64,000 bases of DNA. It comes from Bacillota bacterium. GTDB lineage: Bacteria > Bacillota > Sulfobacillia > JAJZYS01 > JAILZS01. The notes beneath the pieces were generated by a model, which worked only from the letters and a program-made list of their open reading frames with translations, did not search any database and had not been told where the DNA came from. The position numbers and the translations under genes were made by a program. Location of the stretch: the NCBI GenBank assembly GCA_023512375.1, contig JAILZS010000002.1, positions 2,659-66,658 on the forward strand, read 5' to 3'. Below, piece by piece: positions 9,518 to 20,178 of the stretch (positions are counted from its first letter, which is position 1; the number at the start of each line of letters is the position of its first letter).

Positions 9518-10603
9518 CTACGAACCCAGGCCGGCGACCGCGGCGGGCGTCTCGAGCACGTCGAGGAGGGCTGGGGCGAGACAGCGCCCCAGGGCAGCGG
9601 CCTCCACCAGGAAGGCGTCGTGCCCGTACTCGGAGGCGAACGGCAGGTACGTCGCGGCTTGCCCGCGCTGCCGGGCCGCGGTGGCGCTCTCCCGCACCCG
9701 CTCGGCAGGGAAGAGGATGTCGGAGGTGATGCCCACGTACACGATGGGCGCAGGCGGGGCCGAGGGGGCGGGCGAGACGGGGGCGGTCACGTCGTGGCTG
9801 TCCATGGCGCGCAGGAGCACGAGGTAGCTCAGGGCGCAGAACCGGTCCGTCAGGCGCTTTCCCTGGTGGCGCAGGTAGCCCTCGACCGCGAAGGACGGCC
9901 CGTCCAGGTCGAGCGGCTGCGCCCCCGGGATGAGGCGGCGGCCGAACTGCCGCTCCATGGACCGGTCGCCGCGGTAGGTGATCATGGCGATCTCCCGCGC
10001 CCGCGCCAGCCCCGGTGTGGGGCCGGGGCGCCCGGGGTCGAAGGCGGGGTCGGAGACGATGGCGTTGCGCTGCACCGCGTTCCAGGCCAGCGCCTGCGGC
10101 AGCATGCGGTCGGTGGCGCCGATGGCCACCGCCTTCGCCACCCGGTCGCCGTACAGCCGCGCCCACTCCGCCGCCTGCATGCCGCCGAGCGAGCCACCGA
10201 TCACCAATCGCAGGCGGCGCACGCCCAGCCTCTCCAAGGCGAGGGCCTCAAGGCGCACCATGTCGCGCACCGTCACCACGGGGAAGCCGAGGCCGAAGGG
10301 GCGCCCGTCCTCCCCCGCGTCCCCCGGCCCGGTCGTGCCGTAACAGGAACCCAGGACATTCATGCACACGACCGCCAGCCGCGTCGGGTCGAGCAGGCGC
10401 CCGGGGCCCACCAGGGGCTCCCACCAGCCGCGTGCGCCGTCCACGGCGCCCGCCCGGGCGTCGGCGGTGAGGGGGTGGGTGACGAGCACCGCCTCCTCCC
10501 CCAGCTCGCCCCATACTCCGGCCCGCACCCGCACCCGCTCGAGCCGGCCGCCCGCCTCCAGGTCGAAGGGGCCGAGCGCCAGGTCGAGCACGCGCCCGTC
10601 CAT
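9518..10603 (-). CDS. metX: Homoserine O-acetyltransferase
   Basis: About 361 aa alpha/beta hydrolase (MDGRVLDLALGPFDLEAGGRLERVRV..., GGSLGGMQAAEW). It lies immediately downstream of metY. The 811-aa track ORF is an alternate-frame fusion. Confidence 0.85.
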   Translation of the reverse strand: MDGRVLDLALGPFDLEAGGRLERVRVRAGVWGELGEEAVLVTHPLTADARAGAVDGARGWWEPLVGPGRLLDPTRLAVVCMNVLGSCYGTTGPGDAGEDGRPFGLGFPVVTVRDMVRLEALALERLGVRRLRLVIGGSLGGMQAAEWARLYGDRVAKAVAIGATDRMLPQALAWNAVQRNAIVSDPAFDPGRPGPTPGLARAREIAMITYRGDRSMERQFGRRLIPGAQPLDLDGPSFAVEGYLRHQGKRLTDRFCALSYLVLLRAMDSHDVTAPVSPAPSAPPAPIVYVGITSDILFPAERVRESATAARQRGQAATYLPFASEYGHDAFLVEAAALGRCLAPALLDVLETPAAVAGLGS

Positions 10604-10611
10604 GCCCCCGC

Positions 10612-11922
<1,311 letters not shown>

Positions 11923-11950
11923 CGTCGTCCTCCTTCGGGGGCCGCCCGTA

Positions 11951-12112
11951 CAACGAAGGACGCCCGTCGCATGTGGAAGGGCGTCCCGGTACGTCGCACC
12001 CTCCCCTTTATCTCTCAGCGCCCGCGCGCTGCAGGAGTTGGCACCTTCGGCGACGAGTCGCCGGGTTGCCGGGCTTCATCGGGCCAGTCCCTCCGCCTCT
12101 CTCGATAACGGG
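11951..12112 (-). promoter_or_regulatory. SAM-I (S-box) riboswitch with intrinsic terminator, leader of metY-metX
   Basis: The minus-strand sequence CGTTATCGAGAGAGGCGGAGGGACTGGCCCGATGAAGCCCGGCAACC...GGTGCCAACTCCTGCAGCG...CTGAGAGATAAAGG matches the SAM-I consensus (P1 UUAUCgAGAG / GAGAUAAA, GGAGGGAcuGGCCCgaUGAa, GCAACC, GGUGCcAAuUCCuGCAG). A hairpin GGGACGCCC...GGGCGTCC plus TTCGTTGT terminator follows at 11951..11988. Confidence 0.8.
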
Positions 12113-12493
12113 TCGAGGTCCTATTCGGTTGTGTGCCGTACCGTACCAAGGGCCGGGGCCTTCTGTCAATGGGCCCGCCCGGGCATGGGGGCCGCCGGCC
12201 GGGCTGGCGCCGGCCGTACCCCCCCGCCGCTCCCTTGCCTGGGACGCGCCGACCGGGTCCGGGGAGAGCGCCCAGCCGGAGGGAGTCGGATGCTCCGGCA
12301 ACCGTGCCCGGATCGCGCCCCGGGTGCGGGGAGGATGGTCGGCCGGGTAGGCGTGTTGGCCGCGGCGGTCGGGGTGGCGGCGGCGCAGGCGCGCTGCCGG
12401 ACGGGCGCAGGAAGCCACCGGCCCCCTCGCCGCCGTCCGGGCGGGCGCCGTCGGGCGCGGACGGCCGGGCCGCCCTGGCGGCCCCGTCTCCGG

Positions 12494-13135
12494 TCAGCCC
12501 CCTTCCCCGGGGTCGGCCAAGAGGGCCTTAACCTCGGCGTCGTCCACGGGCGGGAAGCTGGCGTAGTAGGGGCTCACCGCCTGAAAGCCGTGCGGCACGG
12601 CCAGGAAGACCAGCTCGTCCGCCTCCGGCGCCAACAGGTTACGTGCCGAGGGCGACGCCACCGGTGCCGCCACGAGCACAGGAGAGGCGCCCAGGGCCCG
12701 CAGCCGGCGCACCGCCGCCAGGGCGGTGAGACCCGTGGCGAGGCCGTCGTCCACGACCACCGCCGTCCGCCCGGCCAGCGCCTCCGCCCAGGCGGCGCCG
12801 TACGCCGCCTGCAGGCGGTCGGCCTCACGCCGCGCAGCCTCGGCCCGGCGCCCGAGGGCGCTCTGGGGCAGCGGCGGAGCGGGCACGGCAGCTTGGTTCC
12901 AGACCACCTCGCCGCCGGCCGCCACCGCCCCCAGCGCGAACTCCGGGTCGAGGGGATCGGACACCTTGCGCACGGCCAAGGCGGCGAACGGACAGGCGAG
13001 GACGCGCGCCGCCGCCCAGGCCACCACCACCCCGCCTCGCGCCAGCCCCACCGCCAGCGCCGCCCCCGCGGCCGGCAAGAGCGGGCGAAGCGCCGCCCCC
13101 AGGCGCTCGCCCGCGTCGGTGCGATCGGCGAACAA
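12494..13135 (-). CDS. Phosphoribosyltransferase-domain protein (COG1926-like)
   Basis: About 213 aa with a PRTase type-I fold (VVVDDGLATGLTALAAVRRLRALGA...LVFLAVPHGFQAVSPYY). TTG start behind GGAAGGAGGGG. Confidence 0.6.
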   Translation of the reverse strand: MFADRTDAGERLGAALRPLLPAAGAALAVGLARGGVVVAWAAARVLACPFAALAVRKVSDPLDPEFALGAVAAGGEVVWNQAAVPAPPLPQSALGRRAEAARREADRLQAAYGAAWAEALAGRTAVVVDDGLATGLTALAAVRRLRALGASPVLVAAPVASPSARNLLAPEADELVFLAVPHGFQAVSPYYASFPPVDDAEVKALLADPGEGG

Positions 13136-13381
13136 CGCCGACCCCTCCTTCCGCCGGCGGCCCGGAGACGATAGGAATCCCGCGCCCCGGCGCGTATAGC
13201 ATGGCACGAACGCGAGGCGTCGGGGCGCGCCGGGCTCCCGCCCGCCGCCGCCCGCGCCGCCGAAGGGACGTGATGCCGTGGCCCGCGCCGTCACCCCCGT
13301 CCCTCCGCCTCCCCTGCCCCCGCCCCCTGCCTGCGAGACGGGGGAGCGGGGGCACGGACGGGCGGGGCCAGGAGCGTGAGC

Positions 13382-14677
13382 ATGGCATCCGACGGGTTTC
13401 GAGGGCCCGAGGTGGCCGGCCGGGCGAGCGTAGACGACCTTGCGCCCGCCGCCCTGTACGCCCCCGCCGACGAAGGCGAGGCGGCCGACCTCCTGCGCAC
13501 GGCCTTTCGCCGGGGATGGGCGGTGGTGGCGCGAGGGAGCGGGAGCCAGATGCCCCTCGGTAACCCCCCCGCCCGGCTGGACGCCGTCCTCTCCCTCGCC
13601 CGCCTTTCGGGCGTGACCGAGTACACGCCCGAAGACCTGGTGGTGGAGGCGTTCGCGGGCACGCCCCTGTCCGACCTCGAGGCGGTGCTCCGGGCGCGCG
13701 GCCAGACCCTGGGGCTGTCGGCCGTTGCGCCTATGGGGACGACCTTGGGCGGCCTGGTGGCCACGGGCGCCGCCTCCCCCCATCGCCTCGGCCACGGCAC
13801 GCCGCGCGACCGCGTCCTGGGCCTGTCCGTCGTCCTGGCCGACGGTACGCGCGTCCGCACCGGGGGCAAGGTGGTGAAGAACGTCGCGGGGTACGACCTC
13901 ACCCGTCTGTTCGTGGGCTCGCTCGGCACGCTCGGCGTGATCGCGCGCGCCGTGGTGCGCGTGCGCCCCCTGCCCCGGCGCACCGCCCTGGCGATCCTCC
14001 GCACCGAGGCGGGTCCACCCCCGTCCGCCCTCCTCGCCCTCGCCCTCGACCGCGCCCTCGACCCGGTCGGCCCCGCCGCAGCCGAGCTCGTCGACCCGGC
14101 CCTGGCCCACCGCCTGGGGGTGGCGGCGGAGGCGTGGGCCCTCCTCCTGGCCCTGGAGGGGGACGAGGCGGAGGTGGCCGAGCGCCTCCGCCGCGCCCGC
14201 GCCCTCGCCGACCGACGCGGCGCCGCCATCGAAGTGCGCGAGGGGGCCGAGGGCGAGGCGGTGTGGGAGGCGCTGTGCCACGCCCTGCCGTCCGAGGCGG
14301 GCGTGCAGGCCCGCCTCTCCGTGCGCCGGCGCGCCCTCGCCCAGCTCACGGAGGTCTTGGCCGACGTGCCCTGGCCCGAGCCCTGGCGGGCCTGGATGAG
14401 CGTCGGGTTGGGCACGGGGGTGGTGCGGCTGTGGCTCGCGGCCGGCGGCCCCGCCGTCGCCGACGACCTGGTGCTGGAGGCGCCCCTCGCCGCCTTGCGC
14501 CGGGCGGCGCAGGCAGGCGAGGGGGCGCTGGTGTTGGAGCGAGCCTCGCCCGCCCTTCGCCGGCGCATGGACGCGTGGGGTCCGGCGCGCGGCGACGTCG
14601 CGCTCATGCGCGCCCTGAAGGATCGCCTGGACCCCCGCGCCGTCCTCGCGCCCGGTCGGTTCGTGGGCGGCATCTGA
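13382..14677 (+). CDS. glcE: FAD-binding oxidoreductase, glycolate oxidase subunit GlcE-like
   Basis: FAD-binding PCMH-type domain (GSGSQMPLGN, KVVKNVAGYDLTRLFVGSLGTLGVI) directly upstream of the glcF-like and glcD-like genes. Confidence 0.7.
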   Translation: MASDGFRGPEVAGRASVDDLAPAALYAPADEGEAADLLRTAFRRGWAVVARGSGSQMPLGNPPARLDAVLSLARLSGVTEYTPEDLVVEAFAGTPLSDLEAVLRARGQTLGLSAVAPMGTTLGGLVATGAASPHRLGHGTPRDRVLGLSVVLADGTRVRTGGKVVKNVAGYDLTRLFVGSLGTLGVIARAVVRVRPLPRRTALAILRTEAGPPPSALLALALDRALDPVGPAAAELVDPALAHRLGVAAEAWALLLALEGDEAEVAERLRRARALADRRGAAIEVREGAEGEAVWEALCHALPSEAGVQARLSVRRRALAQLTEVLADVPWPEPWRAWMSVGLGTGVVRLWLAAGGPAVADDLVLEAPLAALRRAAQAGEGALVLERASPALRRRMDAWGPARGDVALMRALKDRLDPRAVLAPGRFVGGI

Positions 14678-14702
14678 CCAGGAAGCAGGAAGGGGGAAGG
14701 GC

Positions 14703-16031
14703 ATGGAGCGCACCCCGCACACGGCCCCGCCGGCGGCACGGAGGGGAGGCGACCGCGACATCTGGAGCGCCTGCGTCCACTGCGGCCTGTGCCTTCCCTC
14801 CTGCCCGACCTACCGGGTGACGGGGCGGGAGGAGCTGTCGCCCCGCGGGCGCGTCTTCCTCGCCCGCCTGGTGGACGAGGGGCTTCTGCCCGAGGACGAC
14901 GCCGACCGCGTCATGGCCATGGAGAGCTGCCTCGACTGCCGGGCGTGCGAGGTGGTCTGCCCCTCGGGCGTGCGCGTCGGCCACCTGGTGGAGCGCGCGC
15001 GCGAGCGCCTGGCCGGCCGCCTTCCGGGTCCCTGGCGCCGGCGCTGGGCGCACCGCCTGGTGCGCGGCTTCGTCGCCCACCCCGGGCGCTGGCCCCGCCT
15101 CGCGCGCCTGGGGCGCCTGTGGCAGCGCGGGCGCCTGGGGCGCTTGCCCGACCGCCTCCTCCGGCGCCTGCCGGCGCCCTGGCCGGAGCTCGCCGAGGCC
15201 CTCCCCCCGCTGTCGGGCCTCACCGTGCGGGCCTCGGCCCCTGCCGTCACGCCCGCCCGCCCCCCCGTGCGCGCCCGCGTCGCCCTGTTCGCCGGCTGCG
15301 TGCAGGACGTGGCCTTCGGAGCCGTGAACGAGGCAGCGCGCCGGGTACTCGCCTACGTCGGCTGCGAGGTGGTGGTGACGCGCGCCCAGGGGTGTTGCGG
15401 CGCGCTCAGCCGGGACATGGGGGACGGGGAGACCGCCCGGGCGCTGGCCAGGCGCAACCTCGCCGCCTTCGCCGCCGTGCAGGCGGACTACGTGGTCACC
15501 GCCGTGGGCGGCTGCGGCGCCATGTTGCGGGAGTACCCGGTGCTGTTCGCCCACGAGCCCGCCAGGGTCGCCGAGGCGCAGGCCTTTGCCCGCCGGGTGG
15601 TGGACGTAAGCCAGCTCCTGGTGCGCCTAGGGCCTCTTCCCGCCGCGAAACCTCTACCCCTGCGCGTGGCCTACCACGACAGCTGCCACCTCGCCCACGT
15701 GATGGGCGTGCGCGCCGAGCCGCGCGCCCTGCTGGCCGCCATCCCCGGCGTCGAGCTGGTAGAGCTGGGCGAGGGGCCGGCCTGCTGCGGCAGCGCCGGC
15801 ACGTACAACCTCGAGCACCCCGAGATGTCGGCCCGCATCCTGGAGCGGAAGATCGACAGCGTGCCGGAAGGGGTCGACGCCGTCGCCACGGGCAACCCCG
15901 GGTGCGCATTGCAACTGGCGGTGGGCCTAGGGCGGCGCGGGCGGCGGGTGCGGGTCGTGCACCCCATCCGCCTCCTGGCCGCCGCCTACGGTCTGGACGA
16001 GATCCCCGCCGACGAGGGGGGAGGGCCGTGA
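14703..16031 (+). CDS. glcF: Glycolate oxidase iron-sulfur subunit GlcF-like ((Fe-S)-binding protein with CCG domains)
   Basis: Two 4Fe-4S ferredoxin motifs (CVHCGLCLPSCPTY, CLDCRACEVVCPSG) and cysteine-rich CCG domains (HDSCHLAHV, CCGSAGTYN). RBS GGAAGGGGGAAGGGC. Confidence 0.75.
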   Translation: MERTPHTAPPAARRGGDRDIWSACVHCGLCLPSCPTYRVTGREELSPRGRVFLARLVDEGLLPEDDADRVMAMESCLDCRACEVVCPSGVRVGHLVERARERLAGRLPGPWRRRWAHRLVRGFVAHPGRWPRLARLGRLWQRGRLGRLPDRLLRRLPAPWPELAEALPPLSGLTVRASAPAVTPARPPVRARVALFAGCVQDVAFGAVNEAARRVLAYVGCEVVVTRAQGCCGALSRDMGDGETARALARRNLAAFAAVQADYVVTAVGGCGAMLREYPVLFAHEPARVAEAQAFARRVVDVSQLLVRLGPLPAAKPLPLRVAYHDSCHLAHVMGVRAEPRALLAAIPGVELVELGEGPACCGSAGTYNLEHPEMSARILERKIDSVPEGVDAVATGNPGCALQLAVGLGRRGRRVRVVHPIRLLAAAYGLDEIPADEGGGP

Positions 16032-17479
16032 CGGGGGGCGAGCGCGTCGCCCGCGCCCTGGCGGAGGTGGAAACGGCGTTGGGGACGGAGGCGGTGGTGC
16101 GTTCGCCCGGCGCCCTGTGGGCCTACAGCGCCGACGGCAACCCCGACCTGGCGGCGCGTCCCGGCGGGGTGGTGCTGCCGTCCCGGCGCGCCGACGTGGC
16201 CGCGGCGGTGGCCGCCCTCCATCGCCATGGCGTGCCGGTGGTGGCGCGCGGCGCCGGCACCGGCCTGTCCGGGGGGGCGGTGGCGGAGGAAGGCGGGGTC
16301 CTCCTCGACCTCGCCCGTCTCGACCGCATCTTGGCCGTCGACGAAGGCGAAGGCTGGCTCAGGGCGGAGCCGGGCGTCACCAACCTCGCCGTCGGCCGTC
16401 GGGCGGCGGGCATGGGCATGTTCTTCGCCCCCGACCCCTCGAGCCAGGTCGCCTGCACCCTGGGCGGCAACGTGGCCGAGAACTCCGGCGGCGGCCACTG
16501 CCTCAAGTACGGCGTGACGCTCCAGCACGTCTTGGCCCTGGAGGCGGTGACGGCCGGGGGCGGCACGCTCTCCCTGGGGGGGCTGGCGGCCGACCTGCCG
16601 GGCTATGACCTTCTGGGCCTGTTCGTCGGCTCGGAGGGCACGTTGGGCGTGGCGACGGAGGTGACGGTGCGGCTCCTGCCGGCGCCCGAGGCGACGCGCA
16701 CGGTGCTCATGCTCTTCCACCGCGAGGAGGACGCGAGCGAGACCGTGTCCGAGGTGATCGCAGCGGGCATCCTGCCCGCTGCCATGGAGATGATGGACAA
16801 CCTGGCGGTGGCGGGCGTGGAGAGAGGTCCCTACCGGGTAGGCTTCCCCCCCGACGTGGGCGCCGTCCTCCTGGTGGAGGTGGACGGCCTGGAGGCCGGC
16901 CTGGACGAGCAGGCAGAGCGCATCGCCGCCATCGCCCGCCGCCGGGGCGTGCGGGAGGCGCGCCTGGCGCGGGACGAAGGCGAGCGCGCCCTGTGGTGGG
17001 CCAACCGCAAGACCGCCTTCGGCGCCATGGGCAACCTCGCCCCCGCCTACCTGGTGCAAGACGGCGTCATCCCCCGCAGTCGCCTGGTGCGCGTCCTACG
17101 ACGCGTGCGGGAGATCGCCCGGACCGAAGGGGTGCGCGTGGCCAACGTCTTCCACGCCGGCGACGGCAACCTCCACCCTCTCATCCTGTACGACCCCGCC
17201 GAGCCCGGGGCGGCGGCGCGGGCGCGGCGGGCCGGGGCGGCCATGCTGCGGGTGTGCGTGGACGAGGGGGGATCGATCACGGGTGAGCACGGCGTCGGGA
17301 GCGAGAAGCGGGAGGAGATGGCCTACCAGTTCACCCCCGCGGAGCTGGCCCTCATGCGCTCCGTCCGGGACGCCTGGGATCCCGCGGGTCTCTGGAATCC
17401 GGGCAAGGTGCTTCCCCCCGAGCGGCCTGGGCCGACAGGCACGGCGGTCCCGTCCGGCTCGGCCGACGGCGGCGTCTAG
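16028..17479 (+). CDS. glcD: FAD-linked oxidase, glycolate oxidase subunit GlcD-like
   Basis: 483 aa FAD-binding domain plus FAD-oxidase C-terminal domain (ARGAGTGLSGGAV, ITGEHGVGSEKREEM). The GTG start overlaps the glcF TGA (GTGA). Confidence 0.75.
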   Translation: MTGGERVARALAEVETALGTEAVVRSPGALWAYSADGNPDLAARPGGVVLPSRRADVAAAVAALHRHGVPVVARGAGTGLSGGAVAEEGGVLLDLARLDRILAVDEGEGWLRAEPGVTNLAVGRRAAGMGMFFAPDPSSQVACTLGGNVAENSGGGHCLKYGVTLQHVLALEAVTAGGGTLSLGGLAADLPGYDLLGLFVGSEGTLGVATEVTVRLLPAPEATRTVLMLFHREEDASETVSEVIAAGILPAAMEMMDNLAVAGVERGPYRVGFPPDVGAVLLVEVDGLEAGLDEQAERIAAIARRRGVREARLARDEGERALWWANRKTAFGAMGNLAPAYLVQDGVIPRSRLVRVLRRVREIARTEGVRVANVFHAGDGNLHPLILYDPAEPGAAARARRAGAAMLRVCVDEGGSITGEHGVGSEKREEMAYQFTPAELALMRSVRDAWDPAGLWNPGKVLPPERPGPTGTAVPSGSADGGV

Positions 17480-17591
17480 CGGCCGGATGCGGTCACCGGC
17501 GGGCATGCCGGCCGACATGCGGCGCACGCGCTGCGCCCTCCGCGCCTTCGCGGCCCGATCCCCCAGGCCGCCGTCCCGCGCCCGCCGTCGG

Positions 17592-19049
17592 TCAGGCCCG
17601 CCAGGGTGCGTCCGGAGGCACGTGGGGCGGCGGCACGAGCTCCTCCACCACGCGGCGGTAGGGGCTCTGGGCCGTGGCGCGGGCGAACTCGGCCCGGGCC
17701 TCCGCCACCCTCCCCGGCTCGAGGACGAACCCCAATCCCGCCAGGGCCATGGCCTTGGCGGCGTACAGCATGCCCTTCATGCCCACGCCGGAGCCGGCCG
17801 CGGCCACGTTCTGCCAGCTGTGGCCTGGCGTGCCGACGGGGGCCGTGGCCACGCCGAGAAAGCCGGTGGGGACGATCCAGGAGACGTCGCCCGCGTCGGT
17901 GGAGTAGAAGCCGACCTCCCCCCGCCCCACCACCCCCAGGCTCTCGTCCATGAGCAAGGCGGCGTCGGGCTCCTCTCCGGGCGACCAGCCCAGGGCCCGG
18001 TACCGCGCCTCCGCCTCCTCCCGTGCCCCGGGGGGCAGGTGCTCGGCCATGGCGCGCGCCCAGGCGCGGTCGTCCGCGTCGAACCCCACCGGGCCGATGA
18101 GGCGCATGGCCTCCGCCAGGAGGCGGGCCGCCACCTCGTTGGGAAGGATGTTCCACAGCCCGTCCACCAGGCGCACATCCACCTCCGTCCCCGTCATGAG
18201 GGCGGCGCCCCGGGCGCAGTCCACCACCCGGGCGTAGGCGGCGTCCACGTGGGCGCGGTTTTTCGCCCGGACGAAGTACAGGGAGGCGGCGCGCTCCGGC
18301 ACCACGTTGGGTGCCCCGCCCCCGTCGGTGATCGTGTAGTGGATGCGAACGTCCGGGGGGACATGCTCGCGCAGGTAGTTCACGCCCACGTCCATGAGCT
18401 CCACGGCGTCGAGGGCGCTCCTGCCCCGCTCCGGATCGGCGGCGGCGTGGGCGGCGGCACCCCGGAAGGTGAAGGTGGCGGTGGCGGTGGCCAGGCACGA
18501 GGAGAGGCTGGCGGCGGTGGCGTCCCCAGGGTGGAAGTAGAACGCCACGTCCACGTCCTCGAAGGCGCCGTCGGCGGCCATGAACGCCTTGGCGTCCACC
18601 GACTCCTCCGCCGGGCAGCCGAGGTACAGGACCGTGCCGCCGAGGCCCCGCGCCGCCAGCACGTCCTTCAGGGCGAGGGCGGCGCCCAGGGCCGCCGTGC
18701 CCAAGAGGTTGTGCCCGCACCCGTGTCCGCTGCCGCCCGGCTCCAGGGCCTCGCGTCGGGGCGCGTCCGTCTGGGAGAGCCCCGGCAAGGCGTCGAACTC
18801 GCCCAACATGGCGATCACAGGCCTTCCCTCGCCCCAGCCGGCGCGGATCGCAGTGGCCATGCCGCCCACCCCCCGCCGCACCGAGAACCCCTCCGCCTCC
18901 AGGGCACGCGCCTGCCGCTCGCTGGCGCGAAACTCGAGCAGGCCCAGCTCCGGCCGCCGCCAGATCTCCCGCGCCATCTCCGTCAGCATCCCCTGCCTGC
19001 GGGCGACCGCCTCGGCCACCGCGCGCGCATCCTCCGTGCGCATCGCCAT
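17592..19049 (-). CDS. M20 family amidohydrolase (AbgB / aminobenzoyl-glutamate utilization protein B-like)
   Basis: 485 aa peptidase M20 with metal ligands (GHGCGHNLLG, ...AEESV...) and AbgB-like length and architecture. Confidence 0.7.
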   Translation of the reverse strand: MAMRTEDARAVAEAVARRQGMLTEMAREIWRRPELGLLEFRASERQARALEAEGFSVRRGVGGMATAIRAGWGEGRPVIAMLGEFDALPGLSQTDAPRREALEPGGSGHGCGHNLLGTAALGAALALKDVLAARGLGGTVLYLGCPAEESVDAKAFMAADGAFEDVDVAFYFHPGDATAASLSSCLATATATFTFRGAAAHAAADPERGRSALDAVELMDVGVNYLREHVPPDVRIHYTITDGGGAPNVVPERAASLYFVRAKNRAHVDAAYARVVDCARGAALMTGTEVDVRLVDGLWNILPNEVAARLLAEAMRLIGPVGFDADDRAWARAMAEHLPPGAREEAEARYRALGWSPGEEPDAALLMDESLGVVGRGEVGFYSTDAGDVSWIVPTGFLGVATAPVGTPGHSWQNVAAAGSGVGMKGMLYAAKAMALAGLGFVLEPGRVAEARAEFARATAQSPYRRVVEELVPPPHVPPDAPWRA

Positions 19050-19082
19050 CCCTCCTGCCTCGCTGCCTTCGCCGTCCCCCGC

Positions 19083-20159
19083 CTACGCGCGCGCCGGCCG
19101 GGCACGCAGGTACTGCGCCGGCCAGGGGCGCTCCACCCCCAGGCGGTCGGCCCAGTTGCGCCCCAGGTACGGGTCGCGCAGCCAAGCGCGCCCCACCATG
19201 ACCAGGTCGGCGTCGCCCCGGGCGACGATGGCCGATGCCTGCTCCGGATCGGTGATGCGGCCCACGGCCGCGCTCGCCACCCCCGCCCGCCGCCGCATGG
19301 CGCGGGCGAACGGCACGTGGTAGCCGGGCCGCTCGGGCACCTTCGCCGGCACGACGCCCCCGCTCGAGCAGTCGACCAGGTCGACGCCGTGCAGGCGGAG
19401 TTCCCGCGCCAGGACGATGGAGTCCTCCAGGTGCCAGCCGCCGCCCACCCAGTCCGTGCACGACAAGCGGACGAACAGCGGCCGCTCCTCCGGCCAATGT
19501 GCCCGCACCGCCTCCACCGCCTCGAGCAGAAAGCGCATCCGGCCCGGGCGGCCGCCGCCGTAGCGGTCGCGCCGGCGGTTGCTCAGGGGGGAGAGGAACT
19601 GGTGCGGCAGGTAGCCGTGGGCGCCGTGCACCTCGAGGACGTCGAACCCGGCCGCCAGGGCGCGCGCCGCCGCCCGGCCGTACGCCGCCACCAGGTCGGT
19701 GATCTCCGACGGGGTGAGGGCGTGCGGCGCCGGCCAGCCGGGCTGGTAGGGCACGGGCGAGGGGGCAACCGTCGTCCAGCCGCCCTCCGCCGGCGGTAGA
19801 GGCCCCCCTCCCTCCCAAGGGCGGCGGCTGCTCGCCTTGCGCCCGGCGTGCCCCAGCTGCAGGCCGACGGCCGCCCCCTGGGCGTGGCTGAAGGCCACCA
19901 GCTCCGCCAGACCGGGGACGTGCTCGTCCGACCAGATGCCCAGGTCGCCGGGGGTGATGCGGCCGGCCGGGTCGACGGCGGTCATCTCCACCATGACCAG
20001 CCCGGCGCCGCCCACCGCCCGGCTGCCGAGGTGCACCTGGTGCCAGGGCTGGACGAAGCCGTCATGGGATGAGTACATGCACATGGGCGACACCGCCAAG
20101 CGGTTGGGAAGCGTCAGCGAACGCAAGGTGAGGGGGGAGAAGAGCGCATTGTCCGACAC
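19083..20159 (-). CDS. NADH:flavin oxidoreductase / NADPH dehydrogenase (Old Yellow Enzyme, NamA/YqjM-like)
   Basis: OYE TIM-barrel motifs (LTLPNRLAVSPMCMY, HGAHGYLPHQFLSPLSNRRRDRYGG). GTG start behind AAAGGAGGCGA. Confidence 0.8.
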   Translation of the reverse strand: MSDNALFSPLTLRSLTLPNRLAVSPMCMYSSHDGFVQPWHQVHLGSRAVGGAGLVMVEMTAVDPAGRITPGDLGIWSDEHVPGLAELVAFSHAQGAAVGLQLGHAGRKASSRRPWEGGGPLPPAEGGWTTVAPSPVPYQPGWPAPHALTPSEITDLVAAYGRAAARALAAGFDVLEVHGAHGYLPHQFLSPLSNRRRDRYGGGRPGRMRFLLEAVEAVRAHWPEERPLFVRLSCTDWVGGGWHLEDSIVLARELRLHGVDLVDCSSGGVVPAKVPERPGYHVPFARAMRRRAGVASAAVGRITDPEQASAIVARGDADLVMVGRAWLRDPYLGRNWADRLGVERPWPAQYLRARPARA

Positions 20160-20178
20160 GGAAACGCCGTCGCCTCCT

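Noticed and set aside
9518-10166. First ~216 codons of the 1313-aa SNF2 ORF (start at 10166).
   Set aside because: They lie entirely inside the metX coding region on the same strand in another frame. The genuine SNF2 start must be downstream of the metX stop.
12113-12493. ~380-bp gap between the PRTase gene end and the riboswitch, with track ORFs 12133..12531 (+) and 12008..12418 (-).
   Set aside because: The translations are low-complexity Gly/Arg/Pro strings without RBS support. The region is more likely promoter and terminator space for the S-box-metYX unit, but no convincing -35/-10 could be picked out.
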